Position numbers and translations under genes: made by a program. A stretch of DNA of 64,000 nucleotides from Acidimicrobiales bacterium (GTDB lineage Bacteria; Actinomycetota; Acidimicrobiia; Acidimicrobiales; VFJN01), in the NCBI GenBank assembly GCA_035263165.1, contig DATFRN010000450.1, positions 17,152 to 81,151 on the forward strand, read 5' to 3'. The notes below the pieces were generated by a model that was given only the letters and a program-made list of their open reading frames with translations, did not search any database and was not told the origin of the DNA. The first letter of the stretch is position 1. Each line of letters opens with the position of its first letter. Shown one piece after another: positions 16,120-24,683 of this stretch.

Positions 16120-17349
16120 TCAGCTGACCGTCTTGCACACGGTCTTCATCGCCTTGAGCACCTCCTGGTAGAAGGGGATCTCCGCGCCGTAGGCGTTGAT
16201 CTCGTCGCTGATCCAGTCCGCGGCGTTGTTCCAGGCGGCCTGGAACTGGGGCGTCCCGGCCCCGAACTTCTTGCGCAGGGCCAGCGTATGGGCCTGGTGC
16301 ACCCCCTCGTGGATCTCCGTGCCCCGGGTCATGATCGGCTCGCACTTGGTCATCGGCTGGGCGGCGACGGTGACCGCCCCGGTCGAGCTCGTGCCCCCGG
16401 CCTGGGACGTCGTGATGCCCTGCTTGCCCAGCGAGGCGTCCACGCAGTTCTCGACGTCGTCGCCGGTGCGGATGCCCTTGCGGCCCCGGCACGCGGCGTA
16501 CTCGGCCGCCATCTTCCGGGCCCAGGCGATCGCCTCCCTGATCGCCTTCTCGCACCCGGCGCCGGTGGCGCCCTTGCAGTAGGACACGTCGACGTCGACG
16601 CCGCGCACGTCGACCACGAGGTTGGCCCCGAGGAAGCGGAAGATCGCCGTGCGCTGGTCGGGCGGGAACGTCTCGACCATGTCGACGACGCGGCGCAGGT
16701 CGTCGTGGCTCGGCGTGCCGGCCGCCCGCAGCTCGACCACCTTGCACGCCACGTCCATGCGGGGGCCGCCGCGCCCCGCGTTCGCCTTGACGACCGAGAA
16801 CCTGCCCGCCGTCTGCAGGCCCGACAGGACGGTCAGCAGCTCCGGCATCGCCCGGCCGTTGAGCACGAAGAAGGCGTCGTCGAGGGCCGTCGGGGCGACC
16901 GAGTCGAGCGCGTCGATGACGGCCTGCAGCGGCGCCTTCCCGACGACGGGTGGTGTCTGGCGGGCCACGACCACGTCGCCCGGCTCCTCGCCGTCGTGGA
17001 CCGCCCCGCCCCCGGCGCCGCAGCCGCACGTGCCGCCGCAGCCGCAGTCCCGCTGCACCGTCGCCGACGCCACCAGCCGCTGGACGGCGGCGTTGCCCCC
17101 CGCACCCTGGAGGAACCCGAGCAGGCGGGCCGCCCCGCCCGCATCGAGCCGGCCGAGGGCCGCGGGGGCCGCCACGCCCGGGGACCGGCGGCCGCCGGTC
17201 CGGAGGGCCGCCGGCTCGGCCCCCTCGCCGGGGGCCGGGTGGAGTCGCACGTCGGCGGCGTGCACCGCCCCAGTGTGCGGCCGCGACCGCCCGCTGTCCC
17301 GGCCCGGCGCACGGCCCGTCCGTGCAGACCTGGTTGCCCGATCGGGCAA
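16120..17349 (-). CDS. Cys-rich multi-domain protein with an N-terminal AGNxAVQRL motif and a C-terminal HExxH (putative metallopeptidase/toxin-like effector)
   Basis: LLGFLQGAGGNAAVQRLVASATVQRDCGCGGTCGCG (motif at nt 17074-17124). HEGVH is encoded at 16297-16311 (CAC GAG GGG GTG CAC on the minus strand). There are 11 Cys. The start is uncertain: 17349, or GTG near 17265. Confidence 0.65.
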   Translation of the reverse strand: MPDRATRSARTGRAPGRDSGRSRPHTGAVHAADVRLHPAPGEGAEPAALRTGGRRSPGVAAPAALGRLDAGGAARLLGFLQGAGGNAAVQRLVASATVQRDCGCGGTCGCGAGGGAVHDGEEPGDVVVARQTPPVVGKAPLQAVIDALDSVAPTALDDAFFVLNGRAMPELLTVLSGLQTAGRFSVVKANAGRGGPRMDVACKVVELRAAGTPSHDDLRRVVDMVETFPPDQRTAIFRFLGANLVVDVRGVDVDVSYCKGATGAGCEKAIREAIAWARKMAAEYAACRGRKGIRTGDDVENCVDASLGKQGITTSQAGGTSSTGAVTVAAQPMTKCEPIMTRGTEIHEGVHQAHTLALRKKFGAGTPQFQAAWNNAADWISDEINAYGAEIPFYQEVLKAMKTVCKTVS

Positions 17350-17355
17350 CCAGGC

Positions 17356-17694
17356 TCAGTCGCCGAGGTGCTCGCGGGCGACGCTCTTCGGGACGCACAT
17401 GCGCCAGGCGTCGAGGACCAGCTCGCGCATCTCGTCGGGGTCGAGGGCGTCCATGCGGGCGACGACCCAGTTGTAGCGCATGTCCCCGCGGCCGGGGAGC
17501 TGGAACTTGTCGGGCTCGGAGGCGACCAGCGCCTCCCGCTCCTCCTTCGGGAAGCCGAACCCCATCAACGTCTCGTCCCGGGAGAACGCCAGGTAGACGA
17601 TGCGCCCGATCCGGAACTTCACCCGGTCGCGCACCAGCGCCTCGGTCGTGCGGGGCAGGGTCAGCGCCAGCGCCCGTACCTCCTCGACGGTCAC
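17356..17694 (-). CDS. MmcQ/YjbR family DNA-binding protein
   Basis: VTVEEVRALALTLPRTTEALVRDRVKFRIGRIVYLAFSRDETLMGFGFPKEEREALV... GTG 17694 overlaps the upstream TGA (GTGA). Confidence 0.8.
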   Translation of the reverse strand: MTVEEVRALALTLPRTTEALVRDRVKFRIGRIVYLAFSRDETLMGFGFPKEEREALVASEPDKFQLPGRGDMRYNWVVARMDALDPDEMRELVLDAWRMCVPKSVAREHLGD

Positions 17695-18590
17695 CACGGC
17701 GGGTCCCGCCGGGGGACCGTGGCCGCCAGCGCGGCCAGGCAGGCGTCGCCGCCGGCCGCGTCGTCCAGCGAGAACGTGACCAGCCGCTGGTCGGGATGGT
17801 CGGCCACCTCGAGCACCACGTGGCGCAGCAGCATCTCGCCCGCCGCCGGGTGGCGCAGGCGCTTGGTGCCCCCGGCCATCGGCAGCACCTCGTGGCGGGG
17901 CCACCACCGGCGGACCTCGGGGCTGGCGTCGTGCAGCCGGGCGATCAGGTCGGCGAACGCCGGGTCGTCGGGGCGGCGGGCGGCGACCAGCCGGAAGCGG
18001 GCCAGCACGGCGTGGGCCTCCCGCTCCCACTCGACGTAGACCTGGCGGGCCTCGGGGGCGGTGAACACCCACCACAGCATGTTGCGGTCCTCGGGCGGGC
18101 GGGCCGGCCAGTCGGTGAACAGCGCCCGGGCCGCCCGGTTGGCGGCGAGCACGTCGGCGCGGCGGCCCTTGACGTAGGTCGGGTGGGGGTCGAGTCGGGC
18201 CACCAGGTCGGCCATCCCCGGTGCCAGCACCTCGGCCGCCGCCTCGCCGCCGTCGTCGTCGACCGGCAGCCGCTGGTGGGCCAGCACGTGGATCTGGTCG
18301 CGCTCGACCGGGCTGAGCCGCAGCGCCCGGGCCAGCGCGTCGAGCACCGCGGGCGAGGGCCGGACGTCCCGGGCCTGCTCGAGGAACGTGTAGTACGTCG
18401 CCGACACGCCCGCGAGCTGGGCCACCTCCTCCCGGCGCAGGCCACGGGTGCGGCGCCGGCTGCCGGGCGGCAGCCCGACGTCGGCCGGCTGGAGGCCCTC
18501 CCGGCGCGACCGCAGCAGCAGCGCCAGCTCCCGCCGGGGCGTGTTCGGCGCCGGCCGGCCGGGCGCGGCGGCGCCGTCGATGGCGGTCAC
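17691..18590 (-). CDS. XRE-type HTH regulator with an MmyB-like C-terminal domain
   Basis: LRREEVAQLAGVSATYYTFLEQARDVRPSPAVLDALARALRLS, then ...NMLWWVFTAPEARQVY. I prefer GTG 18590 over the track start at 18680, which would run into the divergent SDR start. Confidence 0.8.
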   Translation of the reverse strand: MTAIDGAAAPGRPAPNTPRRELALLLRSRREGLQPADVGLPPGSRRRTRGLRREEVAQLAGVSATYYTFLEQARDVRPSPAVLDALARALRLSPVERDQIHVLAHQRLPVDDDGGEAAAEVLAPGMADLVARLDPHPTYVKGRRADVLAANRAARALFTDWPARPPEDRNMLWWVFTAPEARQVYVEWEREAHAVLARFRLVAARRPDDPAFADLIARLHDASPEVRRWWPRHEVLPMAGGTKRLRHPAAGEMLLRHVVLEVADHPDQRLVTFSLDDAAGGDACLAALAATVPRRDPPW

Positions 18591-18674
18591 GGTCTCCCCC
18601 CGGAGCCTGGTACTGCGGATACCGGTAACGACCGGCTGTTTGTGTGCGGGCCCGTAGCGGGCAGGGTAGGCCCC

Positions 18675-19445
18675 GTGCAATCACTCCCCACCCTCGCAGG
18701 CACCGCCGCCCTGGTCACGGGCGCCTCCAGCGGCATCGGCCACGCCACCGCCCGCAGCCTCGCCTCCCGGGGCGCCGCCGTCGCCCTCGCCGCCCGCCGC
18801 ACCGAGCGCCTGGAGGAGCTCGCCAGCGACATCCGCTCCGGCGGCGGCTCGGCGGTCGTGATCCCCGCCGACGTCACCGACGAGAAGCAGGCCCGCGAGG
18901 CGGTCGCCCGCACGGTCGAGGTCCTCGGCCGGCTCGACACGCTGGTCAACAACGCCGGCGTGATGCTGCTCGGCCCCATCGTCGACGCCCCCGTCGAGGA
19001 GTGGCGGCGCATGGTCGAGCTCAACCTCGTCGGACTGCTCCACTGCACCCACGCCGCCCTCCCCCACCTGATCGACGCGGCCGCCACCGGTCAGCGCCGC
19101 GTCGCCGACGTGGTCAACATCAGCTCGGTGGCCGGCCGGGTGGCCCGGAACGGCAACGGCGTCTACACCGCCACCAAGCACGCGGTCGGCGCCTTCAGCG
19201 AGTCGCTGCGCCAGGAGCTGGCCGGCCGGCACGTGCGGGTGTCGCTGGTCGAGCCGGGCGCGACCGCCACCGAGCTCGCCAGCCACAACCGCCCCGAGAT
19301 CCGCGAGCGCATCGCCGGGCGCTTCGAGGGCGTCGAGCGGCTCACCTCCGAGGACATCGCCGACACGGTCGAGTTCATCGTCAGCCGGCCGTGGCACATG
19401 GCGGTGAACGAGGTGCTCGTGCGCCCCACCGAACAGGAGGGCTAG
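18675..19445 (+). CDS. SDR family oxidoreductase
   Basis: From GTG 18675: VQSLPTLAGTAALVTGASSGIGHA...NNAG...YTATKHA. Confidence 0.9.
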   Translation: MQSLPTLAGTAALVTGASSGIGHATARSLASRGAAVALAARRTERLEELASDIRSGGGSAVVIPADVTDEKQAREAVARTVEVLGRLDTLVNNAGVMLLGPIVDAPVEEWRRMVELNLVGLLHCTHAALPHLIDAAATGQRRVADVVNISSVAGRVARNGNGVYTATKHAVGAFSESLRQELAGRHVRVSLVEPGATATELASHNRPEIRERIAGRFEGVERLTSEDIADTVEFIVSRPWHMAVNEVLVRPTEQEG

Positions 19446-19449
19446 CCGC

Positions 19450-20085
19450 ATGGCCGGCGGCCCGGCGTACACCCGCCTCGCGGGCCTGAGCGTCGAGCGG
19501 CTGGCGGCGCTGAGCGACGGCATCTTCGCGGTGGTGATGACCCTGCTCGTGCTGGACCTGCACGCACCGGCCCGGGCGGCGGTCCGGGCGGAGGGCGGCC
19601 TCGCCCCCGCCCTCGGCCGCCTGTGGCCGAGCGTGGTCGCCTACCTCATGAGCTTCCTCACGCTCGGCATCTTCTGGCTCGCCCAGCAGGCCCAGCTGGC
19701 GGCCGACCGGCGCGGCGACCGCAACCTCACGTGGCTGCACCTGGGCCTCCTGCTCGGCGTCTCGCTGATGCCGTTCTCGACCGGACTGCTGGCCCGGTAC
19801 ATGGCCGACCGCCTGGCGCTCGGCCTGTACTGGGCCAACCTGCTGCTGGTCGGGGCCATGCTGCTGGCGTGCTGGCGCTACGCCCGGAGGGCCGGGCTGC
19901 TCACGCCGGCGGGCGAGGCCGACGCCTTCCCGATCAACCAACGGCGCATCATCCGGGCCCAGGCGCTCTACGCGGTCGCCGCGCTCGCCAGCCTGGTCAG
20001 CACCTATGTGAGCGTGGTCATCCTGGTGGCGCTCCAGCTCGACTCGGCGGTGTCGCCCCGCTGGGGGTTGCTCCGGCGGCTGTGA
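19450..20085 (+). CDS. TMEM175/DUF1211 family potassium-channel-like membrane protein
   Basis: VERLAALSDGIFAVVMTLLVLDL signature plus about 6 TM helices. Confidence 0.85.
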   Translation: MAGGPAYTRLAGLSVERLAALSDGIFAVVMTLLVLDLHAPARAAVRAEGGLAPALGRLWPSVVAYLMSFLTLGIFWLAQQAQLAADRRGDRNLTWLHLGLLLGVSLMPFSTGLLARYMADRLALGLYWANLLLVGAMLLACWRYARRAGLLTPAGEADAFPINQRRIIRAQALYAVAALASLVSTYVSVVILVALQLDSAVSPRWGLLRRL

Positions 20086-20104
20086 TCCGCGATTGACTGG
20101 GGTC

Positions 20105-20941
20105 ATGGACCTGCGCCGCATCGTGGTCGGCGTCGACGGCTCGGGTGCGGCCCGCCGAGCGCTGGCGGCCGCCCTGACCATCGCCGAGGGGGTCGGGGCC
20201 CAGGTCGTGGCCGTCCACGCCCTGGGCCTGCTCGATCATCTGCAGGACCCCGCGGACAGCGACGAGCAGTGGCGGGCGGACGTCCGCCGCCGGGTCGAGA
20301 CGACATGGTGCGCCCCCCTGCTGGCCGCCGGCGGGGGGCACCGGGTCGAGCTGCGGGACGGGCCCGCCCCCGACGTCGTGCTGGCGGTGGCGCAGGAGGA
20401 GTCGGCGGTCCTCATCATCGTGGGCAGCCGGGGCGTCGGCGCCGAGCCGACCCGGGCCCTCGGGTCGACCAGCCTGCGGTTGCTGGAGGCGTCCCGCATC
20501 CCGGTCCTGGTGGTGCCGGACGACGGCGCGACCCCGCCCCCGCCCGGCGCCGGGGCTCTGCAGCGGCGCATCCTGGCCGGGATCGACCCCGACGACCCGA
20601 CGCTGGGCGCCCTCGACCCGGCCGTCGCCATCGCCGCCACCGTGGGCGCGGAGCTCGTGTGCGTGGCCGCGGTGCCCGACGCCGGCACCGACGTGCGCCA
20701 CCTCCAGGTGGCGCTGGCCGACAGGGGACTGCCCCCGGCCGAGGTCGAGGTGGGCGACCCGGCGACGGTGGTCATGGCGGCCGCCGAGCGCCACGACGCC
20801 GACCTGGTGGCGGTGGGCACCCGCAACGGCGGCGGCCCGGTCGACCTGCTGCTCGGCAGCGTGGCCCGCACGGTCGCCGGTCGGGGGCGGCGCCCGACGC
20901 TGGTCGTCCCGACCACCTGGTCCGCCCCCGTCGCGGGCTGA
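20105..20941 (+). CDS. Tandem-domain universal stress protein
   Basis: MDLRRIVVGVDGS...LIIVGSRG and a second ILAGID...LVAVGTRNGGGPVDLLLGSVA. The track start at 20093 is TTG, so I prefer ATG 20105. Confidence 0.85.
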   Translation: MDLRRIVVGVDGSGAARRALAAALTIAEGVGAQVVAVHALGLLDHLQDPADSDEQWRADVRRRVETTWCAPLLAAGGGHRVELRDGPAPDVVLAVAQEESAVLIIVGSRGVGAEPTRALGSTSLRLLEASRIPVLVVPDDGATPPPPGAGALQRRILAGIDPDDPTLGALDPAVAIAATVGAELVCVAAVPDAGTDVRHLQVALADRGLPPAEVEVGDPATVVMAAAERHDADLVAVGTRNGGGPVDLLLGSVARTVAGRGRRPTLVVPTTWSAPVAG

Positions 20942-20947
20942 GGCCCG

Positions 20948-22006
20948 GTGGCGGACGCCGCGCCCGCCGCCGGCGAGCGGCCGTGGATCCTCCACGTCGA
21001 CCTGGACGAGTTCATCGCCGCGGTCGAGATCGCCCGGCGGCCCGAGCTGGCCGGCCGGCCGGTGGTGGTGGGCGGGGACGGCGACCCGACCCGGCGGGGC
21101 GTGGTCGGCACGGCCAACTACGCGGCCCGGGCGTTCGGGGTCGGGTCGGGGATGCCGCTGCGCACCGCGGCCCGGCGCTGCCCGGACGCCGTGTTCCTGC
21201 CCATGGACATGCCTGCCTACGAGGCGGCGTCGGAGGTCGTGATGGCCGCGCTGCGGGGGCTCGGGCTGCCCGTCGAGGTGCTCGGGCTGGACGAGGCGTT
21301 CGTGGGCGCCCGCACCGACGACCCCGAGGCGCTGGCCGCCCGCATCCGGGCCACGGTCGAGGCGGAGACGGGGTTCGTGTGCTCGGTCGGCATCGGCGAC
21401 AACAAGCTGCGGGCCAAGATGGCGACCGGGTTCGCCAAGCCGGCCGGCGTCTACCGGCTGACCCGGGAGACCTGGATGGCGGTGATGGGCGACCGGCCGA
21501 CCGAGGCGCTGCACGGCATCGGGCGCCGCACCGCCACCAAGCTGGCCGCCGAGGGGCTGACCACGGTGGCCGAGCTGGCGGCGGCCGACCACCGGGCGCT
21601 GGCCGCCCGGTTCGGGCCGACGATGGGGCCCTGGTACAAGGTGCTGGCGCTGGGGGCGGGCAACGCCGAGGTCCGCACCGAGCCGTGGCGGGCCCGCTCC
21701 CGCAGCCGGGAGACGACGTTCCAGGAGAACGTCGCCGACCCGGCCGCGCTGGCCGAGGTGGTGGCCGGGCTGGCGGCGCGGGTCGCCGAGGACGTGCGGG
21801 AGGAGCGGCGGCTGGTGGCCCGGGTCGGGGTCAAGGTGCGGTTCGCCCCGTTCTTCACCCAGTCGCGCAGCGTGGGGGTGCGGCCGCCCACCGGGGACGC
21901 CGCCGCCATCGCGGCCGCGGCGCGCGACGCGCTCGCGAAGTTCTCGCTCGGCCGGCCGGTGCGGCTGGTGGGCGTGCGGGCCGAGTTCGCCCCTGACCTG
22001 GGGTAG
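20948..22006 (+). CDS. dinB: DNA polymerase IV (Y-family)
   Basis: ILHVDLDEFIAAVE, LDEAFV, SVGIGDNKLRAKMA. Confidence 0.9.
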   Translation: MADAAPAAGERPWILHVDLDEFIAAVEIARRPELAGRPVVVGGDGDPTRRGVVGTANYAARAFGVGSGMPLRTAARRCPDAVFLPMDMPAYEAASEVVMAALRGLGLPVEVLGLDEAFVGARTDDPEALAARIRATVEAETGFVCSVGIGDNKLRAKMATGFAKPAGVYRLTRETWMAVMGDRPTEALHGIGRRTATKLAAEGLTTVAELAAADHRALAARFGPTMGPWYKVLALGAGNAEVRTEPWRARSRSRETTFQENVADPAALAEVVAGLAARVAEDVREERRLVARVGVKVRFAPFFTQSRSVGVRPPTGDAAAIAAAARDALAKFSLGRPVRLVGVRAEFAPDLG

Positions 22007-22032
22007 TGGGGGCCGGATGGGACGGGCGGCTA

Positions 22033-22986
22033 GTGTCGCGCACCGTGGGAGACGATTTCGTTCTGCTGGTGGGCTCGGCGAATCCCCGACTGGGGGCGGC
22101 GATCGCGGCGTATCTCGACCACCCCCTGTGCCAGGGGGAGACGCTGAAGTTCTCGGAGGGCAACCTGTTCGTCCGGGTCCCCGAGAACGTGCGTGAGCGC
22201 GACGTCTTCCTGATCCAGGGCACGGCCTTCCCGGCCAACGACAACTTCATGGAACTGCTGTTCTGGATCGACGCGCTCAAGCGGGCCAGCGCCGCGTCCG
22301 TGACCGTCGTGATGCCCTACTTCAGCTACGCCAAGGGCGACAAGAAGGACGAGCCCCGGGTGTCCATCCGGGCCCGGGTGTGCGCCGACGCCATCGAGGC
22401 GGCCGGGGCCGACCGGGTCGTCACCATGGACCTCCACGCCCCGCAGGTGCAGGGCTTCTTCCGGGTGCCGGTCGACGACCTCTACGCCATGCCGGTGCTG
22501 TGCGAGGCGATCATCGCCAAGGACCTGCGCGACCTGGTCGTGGTGGCGCCCGACGCCGGCTTCGCCAAGAAGGGGCGGCTCTACGCCCAGCGGCTGGGGG
22601 CGCCCCTCGCCATCGCCGACAAGCACCGGGCCGGGCACGACGAGCAGGCCGAGGTCGTCGACCTCATCGGCGACGTGAAGGGCCAGACGGCGCTCATCGT
22701 CGACGACTTCACCATCTCGGCCGGCACGCTCACCGACGCCGCCCGGGTGCTGGTCGACAAGGGAGCCAAGTCCGTCTACGCCGCCGTCAGCCACGGTCTG
22801 CTGGCCGGCAAGGCGATCGAGCGGCTCGACGACAGCCCGATCGAGCGGCTGTTCATGACCGACTCGGTCGAGACCCAGCCGGTGGCGTTCTCCGACAAGG
22901 TCGAGGTCATCTCGGTGGCGGGGCTGTTCGGCGAGGCGATCCGCCGGATCTCCCGCCGCGAGAGCATCAGCGTCCTGTTCGAGTAG
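22033..22986 (+). CDS. prs: Ribose-phosphate pyrophosphokinase
   Basis: LLVGSANPRLGAAIA, VVMPYFSYAKGDKK, MDLHAPQVQGFF, IVDDFTISAGT. Start is GTG 22033 or 22045; the track start at 22006 overlaps the dinB stop. Confidence 0.9.
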   Translation: MSRTVGDDFVLLVGSANPRLGAAIAAYLDHPLCQGETLKFSEGNLFVRVPENVRERDVFLIQGTAFPANDNFMELLFWIDALKRASAASVTVVMPYFSYAKGDKKDEPRVSIRARVCADAIEAAGADRVVTMDLHAPQVQGFFRVPVDDLYAMPVLCEAIIAKDLRDLVVVAPDAGFAKKGRLYAQRLGAPLAIADKHRAGHDEQAEVVDLIGDVKGQTALIVDDFTISAGTLTDAARVLVDKGAKSVYAAVSHGLLAGKAIERLDDSPIERLFMTDSVETQPVAFSDKVEVISVAGLFGEAIRRISRRESISVLFE

Positions 22987-23215
22987 CGAGCACCTCGCCC
23001 ACCCGGGCCAGCAGCGCCGCCCGGTCGGCGGGCGTGGCCGCGGGGACGCGGTCCCAGTCGCCGGCGCCCGGCGGGCGGATGTCCGCCTCCCGGCCGTCGC
23101 CCGCGCCGTGGAAGTGCAGGAACGGCCGGCCGGCCAGGTAGAAGTGCGGGGTCTTGCCCCGCTCCTCGAGCCCGTCGAGGCGGCGGAGGGCGGCGACGAG
23201 CTCGTCGTGGGTCAT
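22967..23215 (-). CDS. Small hypothetical protein (82 aa)
   Basis: MTHDELVAALRRLDGLEERGKTPHFYLAGRPFLHFHGAGDGREADIR... ATG 23215 overlaps the upstream stop (ATGA). Its 3' end overlaps the prs 3' end by 20 nt. Confidence 0.5.
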   Translation of the reverse strand: MTHDELVAALRRLDGLEERGKTPHFYLAGRPFLHFHGAGDGREADIRPPGAGDWDRVPAATPADRAALLARVGEVLATRTGR

Positions 23216-23754
23216 GCGAAGTCCCAGCGGGTGGCGCCCCAGGGCTCGGCGGCGGCGACGGCGTACACGGTGCGGGGGGTCACGCGGTAGAGGTACCACG
23301 GCGGGGGCCCGGCGCTCGGGGCGCTGTAGTCGGCGGTCAGGGCGCCGCCTTCGGCCCGGGCCGGCCAGCCGCCGGCCGCGTAGACAGCGGCGATGCGCTC
23401 GAGCTCGGCGTCGTCGGTCACCCGGTCGGCGACGCCCTCGACCACGATGTCGAGCTCGTCGGTGGCGACGCTGACGGTGCAGTGGGGGTCGAGGATCAGG
23501 TTGCGGGACTTACGGGTGCCGGGCCCCGAGGTGAAATAGACCCGGCCGTCGAGCCACTGGCCGCCGACGGCGACGACGTGGGGGCGGCCGTCGGGGTTGA
23601 CGGTGGCGATCCAGGTCGTGTGCCGGCCGGGCCCGCCGGTGCCGGGGGCCTGCGGGATCTCGCCGGTGAGGCGGTCGCGCACCCGGGCCCAGGCGAGGGG
23701 CGGGTTGTCGTAGCCGTCGAGGTTCCGCTCGGCTGTGGGTTCGAGTGGTTCCAT
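23212..23754 (-). CDS. Pyridoxamine 5'-phosphate oxidase-like (FMN/F420-binding split-barrel) family protein
   Basis: From ATG 23754: MEPLEPTAERNLDGY...TTWIATVNPDGRPHVVAVGGQWLDGRVYFTSGPGTRKSRNL. Confidence 0.75.
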   Translation of the reverse strand: MEPLEPTAERNLDGYDNPPLAWARVRDRLTGEIPQAPGTGGPGRHTTWIATVNPDGRPHVVAVGGQWLDGRVYFTSGPGTRKSRNLILDPHCTVSVATDELDIVVEGVADRVTDDAELERIAAVYAAGGWPARAEGGALTADYSAPSAGPPPWYLYRVTPRTVYAVAAAEPWGATRWDFA

Positions 23755-23842
23755 GCGATGAGCATTGCCGACCGGCGGCGTTTCATACAGCGCAACCCCA
23801 CTCAGAGGAGACACCGTGGCAACCGAGGCAACCGTTCCCGAG

Positions 23843-24253
23843 ATGAAGCTCGAGCTCGTGATCCTGCCGGTCGGCGACGTCGACCGGGCCAAGGAGTTCT
23901 ACGAGCAGAAGGCCGGCTTCCGGCTCGACGTCGACCACCGGGCGGGCGACGAGTTCCGGGTCGTGCAGATGACGCCGCCGGGATCGGCGTGCTCGATCAC
24001 GTTCGGCGTGGGCGTGACGCAGGGAGACCCGGGCAAGCTCCAGGGCCTGCACCTGGTCGTGACCGACATCGAGGCGACCCGCACCGCGCTGGTGGCCCGG
24101 GGCGTGGAGGTGAGCGAGCCGTTCCACTTCGGCGCCGAGGGCCAGACCCCTGGCCTCCACCCCGACCGCAGCGACTACGGCACGTTCGCGTCGTTCGCCG
24201 ACCCCGACGGCAACGGCTGGCTCCTCCAGGAGGTCCACCACCACGTCCGCTGA
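23843..24253 (+). CDS. VOC/glyoxalase-bleomycin resistance family protein
   Basis: MKLELVILPVGDVDRAKEFYEQKAGFRLDVDH...FADPDGNGWLLQE. GTG 23816 is an alternative start. Confidence 0.85.
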   Translation: MKLELVILPVGDVDRAKEFYEQKAGFRLDVDHRAGDEFRVVQMTPPGSACSITFGVGVTQGDPGKLQGLHLVVTDIEATRTALVARGVEVSEPFHFGAEGQTPGLHPDRSDYGTFASFADPDGNGWLLQEVHHHVR

Positions 24254-24282
24254 GGACGGCGCCGCGGCGGGGCGGGGCCGGC

Positions 24283-24678
24283 CTAGATGGCGGTGCCGAT
24301 GGCCAGGGCGGTGAGCATGGCCTCGGTGTCGATCGCGAAGTGGGCCTGGACCGCCCGGCCGTTGCGGATGGTCCAGCGGTGGACCTCGGGGAGGTCGAAC
24401 GAGGCGCCCGTGGCCCGGACCACGCCGCGGGTGCGGCCGACCTGGTAGACCTCGCCCTCCGCCATGAACAGGGTCTCGATCGCCACCGTCGAGTCGATCG
24501 TGCCCGTCAGCAGCTCGCCGAACCGGCCGAACCCGTCGTGGCCCACGAACCGCCCGCCCCAGGGCAGCGCGGCGTCCTGCGTGATCACCACCGACGGGTC
24601 GAGCAGGCCCTGCAGGGAATCGAAGTCCCGCTCGTCCAGCGCCCGGTAGATGGCCGCCACCACCTCGATCTCGTCCAT
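24283..24678 (-). CDS. SnoaL/NTF2-like family protein
   Basis: 131 aa: MDEIEVVAAIYRALDERDFDSLQGLLDPSVVITQ... It begins 5 nt after the BVMO stop. Confidence 0.7.
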   Translation of the reverse strand: MDEIEVVAAIYRALDERDFDSLQGLLDPSVVITQDAALPWGGRFVGHDGFGRFGELLTGTIDSTVAIETLFMAEGEVYQVGRTRGVVRATGASFDLPEVHRWTIRNGRAVQAHFAIDTEAMLTALAIGTAI

Positions 24679-24683
24679 GGGCC

